Source: Bacilli bacterium
GTDB taxonomy: Bacteria > Bacillota_I > Bacilli_A > RF39 > UBA660
Assembly: GCA_017460745.1 (NCBI GenBank)
Contig: JAFUAL010000052.1
Location: 2,749-66,748 of the forward strand
Direction of reading: 5' to 3'
Length of the DNA stretch: 64,000 nt
Shown: positions 57,399-64,000 of the stretch, piece after piece
How positions within the stretch are numbered: the stretch's first letter is position 1
Layout: the number at the start of each line of letters is the position of its first letter
Made by a program: the position numbers and the translations under genes
Notes under the pieces: model-generated
The model's database searches: none
Told to the model about the DNA's origin: nothing
The model's input: only the letters and a program-made list of their open reading frames with translations

Positions 57399-58685
57399 AT
57401 GTATAATAATACCATAAGAGAGGTGTTGGTCTTGAAGATAGTAGCACTTAGTAAAGAAGAGTTTGATGACTTTGCCTATAATCATAAATATAGTACGTAT
57501 TATCAAACATCTAGTTATGGTGATGTCTCAAAATATGATGGATTAAATACTTTTTATATAGGGTTTGTTGAAGATGGAAATTTAGTTGGGGCAACTTTAT
57601 TTCTTTATAAAACTATATATTTATATTATAAATATGCATATGCTCCACGTGGATTTTTAATTGATTATACAGATCGTAAATTGGTTAAAAATGTCACTAA
57701 AGGTCTTATAAATTTACTTAGAAAGCAACATTATGCGTTTATAAAAATAGATCCACCAATCATTTGTAGTGAACGAGATAGAAATGGAAATATAATATAT
57801 TTTAGTAATACTGTAAATGGTATTTTAAATTATTTACAAGAGACTGGATATAGGCATCAAGGATTTAATAAATATTTTGAAAATTATAAACCTAGATTTA
57901 TAGCATTTGCTAATTTACAAAATGATTTAAAAACAATATATGCAAAAATCGATAATGAAGCAAAAAAAATAATTGAAGAAGCAACAAATGCTGGTGTTGA
58001 AATAGTCCAAGATAAAGATGGTAATATAGATGAGTTATATAAATTTATAACTATAAAAAATAAAAGAAGAAAAAAAAGATATTATAGAGGAATGTATAAT
58101 AACTTTAGTATAAATAATAAAATGGATATATTCTTTATTAATGTAAATACAGATAAATATTTAAATAATATGAAATATATGTATGATAAAGAATCCATTA
58201 ATAATGAAGAATATGCAAATCTTATTCAAGATACAAGTATAGCAGCTCGTGAAAAACAAACAATAATTAATAATAAAATGGAATCTGATAAAAGACTTAA
58301 TTTTTATAAAAATGAGCTTATCTATGCTACTAAATTATCTAAAGAATATCCTGATTTTATAACAATAGGAGCTGCTTTTACAATTAAGCATAATAAAGGG
58401 GTTGAATTAATAATTGATAGTTATTTGGAAGAGTATTTAAAATTTAATCCAAGATATGTGCTTCTTTGGGAATTAATAAAAAAATATAAACAAGAAGGAT
58501 TTATGTATTTTAATTTAAATGCCGTTGTAGGTGAATTTACTAAAGAGAATTTAGGTAAATTTAATACTTTAAATAATATTAAATTAAAATTTAATGCAAC
58601 TGTTATGGAATATATAGGAGAGTTTGATTTAGTTATTAATGATAGAATTTATACTAAATTTAAAGAAAAAATAGAAAAGAAATAA
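57399..58685 (+). CDS. FemABX-family peptidoglycan aminoacyltransferase (second copy)
   Basis: LSKEEFDDFAYNHKYSTYYQTSSYG, YAPRGFLIDY and FIKIDPPI, with a central insertion and a C-terminal NIKLKFNATVMEYIGEFD. It is collinear with 46571-47830. The true start may be TTG 57432. Confidence 0.8.
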   Translation: MYNNTIREVLVLKIVALSKEEFDDFAYNHKYSTYYQTSSYGDVSKYDGLNTFYIGFVEDGNLVGATLFLYKTIYLYYKYAYAPRGFLIDYTDRKLVKNVTKGLINLLRKQHYAFIKIDPPIICSERDRNGNIIYFSNTVNGILNYLQETGYRHQGFNKYFENYKPRFIAFANLQNDLKTIYAKIDNEAKKIIEEATNAGVEIVQDKDGNIDELYKFITIKNKRRKKRYYRGMYNNFSINNKMDIFFINVNTDKYLNNMKYMYDKESINNEEYANLIQDTSIAAREKQTIINNKMESDKRLNFYKNELIYATKLSKEYPDFITIGAAFTIKHNKGVELIIDSYLEEYLKFNPRYVLLWELIKKYKQEGFMYFNLNAVVGEFTKENLGKFNTLNNIKLKFNATVMEYIGEFDLVINDRIYTKFKEKIEKK

Positions 58686-58705
58686 AGGTTTTATTAGTTT
58701 TTTTG

Positions 58706-58733
58706 AAAAGGTGAAATTTTTTCACCTTTTTTT
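58706..58733 (+). terminator. Rho-independent terminator
   Basis: AAAAGGTGAAA / TTTCACCTTTT 11-bp stem with a 3-nt loop and a T run. Confidence 0.8.
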
Positions 58734-58832
58734 GCATGACACCACGTATAAAACAAAGAAATAAAAAAAATAGATTAAGTTCAGAGAAAGGCATTTTTTT
58801 CGCATATATTATATTGAAGGAGATGATAATAT

Positions 58833-59783
58833 ATGGCAAGCCATGCAGTAAAATTTAAAGAAGAATTAAAGCCAGGGGAAAAAGTACCACTTTGCTTTGA
58901 TGAATGTGCTAAGATAATGTTTGCAAATCCAAAACATATGGAACCACTTATTTTATTACTATCTAAAGTATTAAGAGTAGAATATGATGAACTAGTAGAT
59001 AAAGTAGAACTAGCACCAACTACTTCACGAAATAATATAATAGGGGCTAAGAAAACGGATAGAGATATTGTAGTCTATATAAAAGAGGATATAAAAGGTA
59101 AAATAGTAATAGAAGTAAATATGAGTGAAAGTTATTATGAAGCAATAACTAATAAGAGCTTATATTATATGTTTGAAACAGCAGGAAGTGGATTAAAAGA
59201 AAGTGAAAACTATGATAAAATAGAACCAACATTTTTAATTTGTTTTAACACTTTTTATGTAGATAATATCCATAAAAAAATATTTGATGAATATTATTTT
59301 AGAAATGATGAAGGATATATATTAACAACAAAAGAAAAAATAATAGAAATAAATATTGCAGCGTGTTATCAATCATGGTATAATGGTACATATAAAGCAC
59401 TAACAAATATATATGAGAAAGACTTATTATTACTAGGAGCAGCAATGTATACAAAAGAGATAAAAGAGTTTAATAAGTGTATAGAAGAGATAATGATAAG
59501 TCGTGATATAAAAAATATAGTGGAGGAGGTATCAGAAAGAATGAATGAAAATGAAGAATTAAAAGTAAGATACTATGATTTTTTAGAAGAGACTAGAAGA
59601 TTAAATGATTCCATTATAAGTGATGAAAAGAGAAAATCAAGACATGAAGGATTACAAGAAGGTATAGAGCAAACCAAAAAAGAAATTGTTTTAAATATGT
59701 ATAATAAGAAATATGATTTAAGTATTATAGGTGATGCAACAAATTTATCCATAAATGAAATTAACGAAATAATAAATCATTAA
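58833..59783 (+). CDS. PD-(D/E)XK nuclease family (Rpn-like) putative transposase/recombination nuclease
   Basis: CFDECAKIMFANPKHMEPLILLLSKVL...TDRDIVVYI...KIVIEVNM fits the D...E-x-N/K nuclease core. The C-terminal HTH-like tail is DLSIIGDATNLSINEINEII. Confidence 0.65.
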   Translation: MASHAVKFKEELKPGEKVPLCFDECAKIMFANPKHMEPLILLLSKVLRVEYDELVDKVELAPTTSRNNIIGAKKTDRDIVVYIKEDIKGKIVIEVNMSESYYEAITNKSLYYMFETAGSGLKESENYDKIEPTFLICFNTFYVDNIHKKIFDEYYFRNDEGYILTTKEKIIEINIAACYQSWYNGTYKALTNIYEKDLLLLGAAMYTKEIKEFNKCIEEIMISRDIKNIVEEVSERMNENEELKVRYYDFLEETRRLNDSIISDEKRKSRHEGLQEGIEQTKKEIVLNMYNKKYDLSIIGDATNLSINEINEIINH

Positions 59784-59818
59784 TATAAAAAATGCTTTCA
59801 AATAAATGAAGGCATTTT

Positions 59819-60823
59819 TTAATATTTATTTTTATTAATTGGTTCTACATGCCAATCTTCTTTATAACTTGCATTTAGAAGTGGAAATGCTAACCCATAT
59901 TTATAAGCATTAGAGTGAGCCCATCCCATACTTGGACAATTTGCATCGTTTCTATAATATGGACATACACTTCCGTCACTTTGGTAAAATTCTAAGTCAC
60001 TTGCAATACCAAATCCGTGCAATGAGTGACCAGGAGCCGCTGCACGACCAGAATCCATTGTACTATAGTAGTAACTTTGAGTACTATAACGTCTACAACC
60101 TTGAGTACTCATAGTAATTGTATATCCGTTTTGTCTTGCATCATCTATAAATCTTTGAAGTCTTGTATAAAAATAATTATTATATCCATAACTGTTATTA
60201 AAACCTTCGGCTTCGGGATTAGATGGACAAAACATTCCAGAATAAGTATTGTTATTTCCATATATGTAGGTTGGATAATAGAAAACTCCATCAATTACGT
60301 AGACACTATTTTGAATATTAGTATCTGTTTCATGTAAGAAATTATCTTCGATTACTTCTTCTTTTTTCTCGTTAGCTTCTTGAGTTTCTTCTTCATTATC
60401 ATTTTCTATTATAATATTAACTTCTTTATATACTAATTTACTTAAAGTACTATTACTTTTATTAGTTAATATATTTTCTAAATAATTATTTTTTAGTTCT
60501 TTATCAATATCTTTGCCTTCCAGAAAGTAAAAACTTTTCCTATATTCTTGATAAATATTTGGAGTAGCATTTATATAACATATATTATGACTATTATTTA
60601 GCATGTTATGAAGAATTAAAGATAATACTACAATAGTTATGACATAATAGAGAGGTTTTATTTTTGTTTTTAAGTATGATTTATTTATTTTAATTTTCTT
60701 TTTTATTATTTTAACGAAATTTATATAAAGGTAAATAAGAGGAATTATTATGATATTAAAAATTAATATATATTTTAAGTAATATGTAAATGACAATAAA
60801 TATATATTATTACATGTAAACAT
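59819..60823 (-). CDS. membrane-anchored VanY-like M15 D-alanyl-D-alanine (or L,D-) carboxypeptidase
   Basis: Two N-terminal TM helices. The zinc/active-site motifs are PGHSLHGFGIASDL (SxHxxGxAxD) and EDWHVEP. RBS AAAGGGGGG precedes ATG at 60823. The ORF-track start at 60880 is probably too long. Confidence 0.8.
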   Translation of the reverse strand: MFTCNNIYLLSFTYYLKYILIFNIIIIPLIYLYINFVKIIKKKIKINKSYLKTKIKPLYYVITIVVLSLILHNMLNNSHNICYINATPNIYQEYRKSFYFLEGKDIDKELKNNYLENILTNKSNSTLSKLVYKEVNIIIENDNEEETQEANEKKEEVIEDNFLHETDTNIQNSVYVIDGVFYYPTYIYGNNNTYSGMFCPSNPEAEGFNNSYGYNNYFYTRLQRFIDDARQNGYTITMSTQGCRRYSTQSYYYSTMDSGRAAAPGHSLHGFGIASDLEFYQSDGSVCPYYRNDANCPSMGWAHSNAYKYGLAFPLLNASYKEDWHVEPINKNKY

Positions 60824-60919
60824 AATTATTCCCCCCTTTAAAAACGCGCTTATTATACTACAAATTTGTATATTTGTCAAAAAATGCCTTATATTAGAGT
60901 GTTGGTTTTAGAAAAAGTC

Positions 60920-60947
60920 TTGAATTAATATTAAAATATGTTACAAT
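60920..60947 (+). promoter_or_regulatory. Sigma-A-type promoter of the T-box leader
   Basis: TTGAAT (60920-60925), a 16-nt spacer, then TACAAT (60942-60947) with a TG extension (TGTTACAAT). Confidence 0.5.
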
Positions 60948-60968
60948 ATATGTGTATTTAACAAAGAA

Positions 60969-61156
60969 GTTTAAATTAAGTATTAATTAATTTTAAGAGA
61001 GTTACTGGTTGGTGTGAAGTAATAAAATTAATATGGAAGTTACATAAATGGAGTTAAAACGAGAGTCGCGTTAAGACAATGAGTGTAAATCATTACAAAA
61101 ATAAGGTGGTACCACGAGCAATTCGTCCTTATCAAGTAATGATTTTTATTTTTTAG
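60969..61156 (+). promoter_or_regulatory. T-box riboswitch leader (probable Tyr specifier UAC)
   Basis: Stem I has an AG bulge AGAGAG (60996-61001) and a distal hairpin TTACT-GGTTGGTGTGA-AGTAA. The flanking helix pairs ATTAATTTTA with TAAAATTAAT. The specifier loop ends in UAC-A (61041-61044) next to the basal helix. The T-box sequence is AAATAAGGTGGTACCACGAG (61099-61118). The terminator is AAATCATTAC / GTAATGATTT (61088-61097 / 61136-61145) plus a T run. Confidence 0.85.
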
Positions 61157-61165
61157 AGGTAATAT

Positions 61166-61789
61166 ATGATAAAAAGAATAATATTTGATTTAGATAATAC
61201 TTTAATAATGTGGAAAAACAGTTATACTAAAGCATTAGAAGAGACATTAAAAGAGTATAAGATTTTAGAAGATTTAGATTATTTTAATTCACTTATTGAT
61301 TTATATGATGATAAATTTGATCATTATGATAAAAAACTTTTATTAGATTTTTTAAATAGTAATATAAAATCCAAAATTGATATGTCTTTTTTAGAAACAT
61401 TTTTTAATAAATTTGGTTATATGAGTGAAAGAAATGAAGAAGTTATTGAAGTGCTTGATTATTTGAGTAAAAAATATGAACTTGTTGTACTTACTAATTG
61501 GTTTCAAGCACCTCAAAGAGAAAGACTTAAAAATGCTGATATTTTAAAATATTTTAAAGAAGTAATAGGTGGCGAATTATATATGAAACCAAGTGGTGAT
61601 GCCTTTATAAATGCCTGTGGAAAGTATAAGTTAAATGAATGCATTATGATAGGAGATGATTATAATAAAGATATACTAGGAGCAAGTAATGCAGGACTTG
61701 ATGTTATATATTTTAATTATAAAAATAAAGAAAATGTTGATAATTTTCGTGAAATAAATAAATTAAGTGAATTAGAAAGGATATTATAA
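61166..61789 (+). CDS. HAD-superfamily hydrolase
   Basis: Motif I IIFDLDNTL, motif II VVLTNW, and motif IV MIGDDYNKDILGA. Confidence 0.8.
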   Translation: MIKRIIFDLDNTLIMWKNSYTKALEETLKEYKILEDLDYFNSLIDLYDDKFDHYDKKLLLDFLNSNIKSKIDMSFLETFFNKFGYMSERNEEVIEVLDYLSKKYELVVLTNWFQAPQRERLKNADILKYFKEVIGGELYMKPSGDAFINACGKYKLNECIMIGDDYNKDILGASNAGLDVIYFNYKNKENVDNFREINKLSELERIL

Positions 61790-61790
61790 T

Positions 61791-62444
61791 ATGAATATAA
61801 ATGAATATATAGATAGTACGAATTTATCTAAAACAGGAATGATGGACGAAATAATAAAGTTGTGTGATGAGGCAGTTAAATATCATTTTCCATGTGTTAT
61901 CGTTCCACCTTATTATGTTTCAGCAGTAAGTGAATATTTAAAGGATACAACGGTTGAAGTGGGAACAGTTGTTGGTTTTCCAAATGGATATTCTACTCGT
62001 GAAGTGAAACAATTTGAAGCAATTAATGCTATAGAAAACGGTGCTAAAGAGATTGATATGGTAATAAATATTAATGCTTTAAAGAATAAAGATTATGATT
62101 ATGTTAAAGATGAGATAGAATTAATAAGAGATAGTATAGGTGGTAAGGTATTAAAAGTAATAATTGAAACATGTTTACTTGATGAGGCTGAAATTATTAA
62201 AATGACAGAGATTTGTAATGAAACATTTGTTAATTTTATAAAAACAAGTACAGGATTTGATAAGGAAGGTGCTAAAATTTCTGACATAGATTTAATTAAT
62301 AAACATAAAAATGAAGTTTTAGAAATAAAAGCAAGTGGAGGAATTAGAACTAAACAAGAGGCTTTAGAATTTGTTAAACATGGAGTGACTAGAATTGGAA
62401 CAAGTTGTGCTAGTTTAATAATGGAGGAACATGATGAACATTGA
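61791..62444 (+). CDS. deoC: deoxyribose-phosphate aldolase
   Basis: IDSTNL, VGTVVGFPNG, EIDMVINI, LKVIIETCLL, FIKTSTGF, and IKASGGIRT (Schiff-base Lys). Confidence 0.92.
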   Translation: MNINEYIDSTNLSKTGMMDEIIKLCDEAVKYHFPCVIVPPYYVSAVSEYLKDTTVEVGTVVGFPNGYSTREVKQFEAINAIENGAKEIDMVININALKNKDYDYVKDEIELIRDSIGGKVLKVIIETCLLDEAEIIKMTEICNETFVNFIKTSTGFDKEGAKISDIDLINKHKNEVLEIKASGGIRTKQEALEFVKHGVTRIGTSCASLIMEEHDEH

Positions 62445-62928
62445 AAGATGGAATAAAGTATACAAAACTAATATCGAATTAGATAGTATATACGAAAAAA
62501 AATACGGAAATGATTCTAGAATATTTGATCAAAATTGTATAGAATTAATGGTTGAAATCGGAGAGTTTTTAAATGAAACAAAGGAATTTAAGTATTGGTT
62601 AAACAAATTACCTGATAAGGCAAAAGAATTAGAAGAATATGCTGATGTAATAATTATGATTTTATACTTTTATAAAGAATATGATTTAGAAATAAAAAAA
62701 TTAAATTTTAATTTAGATGAAAAAGATACAATTAATTTGATAAAAATATTATATGATAAGGCTTATAACTTTCTTAAAACAAATGATAAAGAAATACTTC
62801 AAGAATTATTTTTCTATACATTGTATATTGGAAAAATTTTAAAATTTAAGGAAGAAGAGGTACTTGATGAAATTGAAAATAAACAAAAGAAAAATATAAA
62901 AAGGTTTGATACTGGGTATTTTAAATAA
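62431..62928 (+). CDS. all-alpha NTP-pyrophosphatase, dimeric dUTPase-like
   Basis: LMVEIGEFLNETKEFKYW...LEEYADVIIMILYF resembles the dimeric dUTPase/MazG-like helical motif pattern. The assignment rests on motifs only. Confidence 0.5.
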   Translation: MMNIERWNKVYKTNIELDSIYEKKYGNDSRIFDQNCIELMVEIGEFLNETKEFKYWLNKLPDKAKELEEYADVIIMILYFYKEYDLEIKKLNFNLDEKDTINLIKILYDKAYNFLKTNDKEILQELFFYTLYIGKILKFKEEEVLDEIENKQKKNIKRFDTGYFK

Positions 62929-62945
62929 AATAAGGAGGAATTGAA

Positions 62946-64000
62946 ATGACATTATTTGAAGAATTGAAATGGCGTGGTTTAATTAAAGATACAGCTGGGG
63001 AGGATTTAGAAAAAATTATTAATGGAAGGGATGCAACGTTTTATTGGGGAACAGATCCAACAGCAGATAGTTTGCATATTGGACATTATTCAAGTTTAGT
63101 AACAGCTAAGAGACTTGCTCGTGCAGGACATCATCCAATTTTACTTGTAGGTGGTGCAACAGGACTAATTGGAGATCCTCGTCCAACCGCTGAACGTGAA
63201 ATTATTTCATATGAGAAAGTACTTCATAACTTGAACGGAATAAAGGGACAGGTTGAAGAAATATTTAAAGGTCTTGATGTTGAAGTAGTTAATAATTATG
63301 ATTGGACAAAAGACATGAATGTATTAGAATTTTTAAGAGAAATAGGAAAATATATAAATGTTAATTATATGTTAAATAAGGATATTATATCAAGGCGTCT
63401 TGATACAGGAATTACATTTGCTGAATTTACTTATACACTTTTACAAGGATATGATTTCTTATATTTGTATGAACATAAAAATTGTGTTATGCAAGTTGAA
63501 GGAAGTGATCAATGGGGTAACATTACTACAGGAATTGAGTTAATTAATAAAAAACTTGGTAAAAACGCATATGCTTTTACAATGCCACTTATTCTTGATG
63601 CGAGTGGAGAAAAATTTGGTAAGAGTGCAGGAAATGCTTTATGGCTTGATAAAAATAAAACATCATCATATGAGTTATACCAATATCTAATTAATTCAAG
63701 TGATGACAAAGTAGAGGAATACCTTAAAGTATTTACTTTCCTAACTCCAGAAGAAATCATGAAAGTAATTGCTGAACATAAGGAGAGTCCTGAAAAGAGA
63801 ATTGCTCAAAAAACACTTGCAGCTGAATTTATTCGTGATTTAAGAGGTGAGGAAGAATTAGATAAATGTATTCATATAAGTGATGCTTTATTTAAAGGAA
63901 ATATAAAAGAATTAACACGTGATGAACTTGAAATGACAGTTTTAAGTTTAGATAGTTTTGTAGTAGATGAAGATAAAAATATAATAGATTTACTAGTCTT
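62946..64000 (+). CDS. tyrS: tyrosine--tRNA ligase (3' end beyond the window)
   Basis: MTLFEELKWRGLIKD, HIGH motif (DSLHIGHY), and KMSKS-type KFGKSAGNALWLD. RBS AAGGAGGA precedes ATG 62946. The frame is open to the window end. Confidence 0.93.
   Translation, partial: MTLFEELKWRGLIKDTAGEDLEKIINGRDATFYWGTDPTADSLHIGHYSSLVTAKRLARAGHHPILLVGGATGLIGDPRPTAEREIISYEKVLHNLNGIKGQVEEIFKGLDVEVVNNYDWTKDMNVLEFLREIGKYINVNYMLNKDIISRRLDTGITFAEFTYTLLQGYDFLYLYEHKNCVMQVEGSDQWGNITTGIELINKKLGKNAYAFTMPLILDASGEKFGKSAGNALWLDKNKTSSYELYQYLINSSDDKVEEYLKVFTFLTPEEIMKVIAEHKESPEKRIAQKTLAAEFIRDLRGEEELDKCIHISDALFKGNIKELTRDELEMTVLSLDSFVVDEDKNIIDLLV

Noticed and set aside
63509-63760. An 83-aa minus-strand ORF near the window end.
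   Set aside because: It is antisense to tyrS, whose HIGH and KFGKS motifs are unambiguous on the + strand. The ORF track did not list tyrS because it is open at the window end.

Overview
The window is a very AT-rich chromosomal core segment from a low-GC Bacillota genome. The 696-aa ClpB without an N-domain behind a CIRCE operator, and the lack of ctsR/mcsAB, hint at an Erysipelotrichia/Mollicutes-related lineage, but I cannot prove this from the sequence. I call about 60 genes, mostly on the + strand and tightly packed. In order they are: tilS-ftsH; one ISL3-family IS element; a processive GT2 synthase with a LysM lipoprotein; dusB; prfB with its canonical +1 frameshift; uvrA; lgt-whiA; a CarD-like plus alpha-CTD-like pair; clpP-ldh; gap; ftsEX; clpB; an adenylate-forming enzyme; a degenerate histidine-kinase-like protein; rpsF-ssb-rpsR; rplI-dnaB-M23-yycJ-rlmH; a peptidoglycan cross-bridge locus; an alanine/glycine symporter; ung; a clpC-like gene; an orphan single-ring Clp-type AAA+ gene; a second FemABX gene; two Rpn/PD-(D/E)XK paralogues; a VanY-like M15 peptidase; and a Tyr T-box leader ahead of HAD-deoC-dUTPase-like-tyrS (tyrS runs off the 3' end). 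I found no rRNA, tRNA, CRISPR or prophage. The most unusual content is the 44.2-50.3 kb locus. It interleaves two D-aspartate-ligase-like ATP-grasp genes, a FemABX transferase, an aspartate racemase, a catalytically dead half-racemase and a coiled-coil M23 hydrolase. Other points worth a second look are listed here.
- An acidic-tailed D1-only Hsp100 is coupled to a small 4-TM protein.
- Two copies of a TTATCCACA-N4-TGTGRATAA palindrome occur in intergenic DNA.
- A duplicated terminator brackets a two-gene Tim44-like/zinc-ribbon cassette.
- FtsH carries a Rho_N/SAP-like C-terminal tail.
- A DUF4190 gene has an in-frame TGA.
- A kinase-like protein has Gln in place of the phospho-accepting His.

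All calls come from reading the translations and the DNA by eye. No database search was run, so family assignments rest on recognised motifs only.
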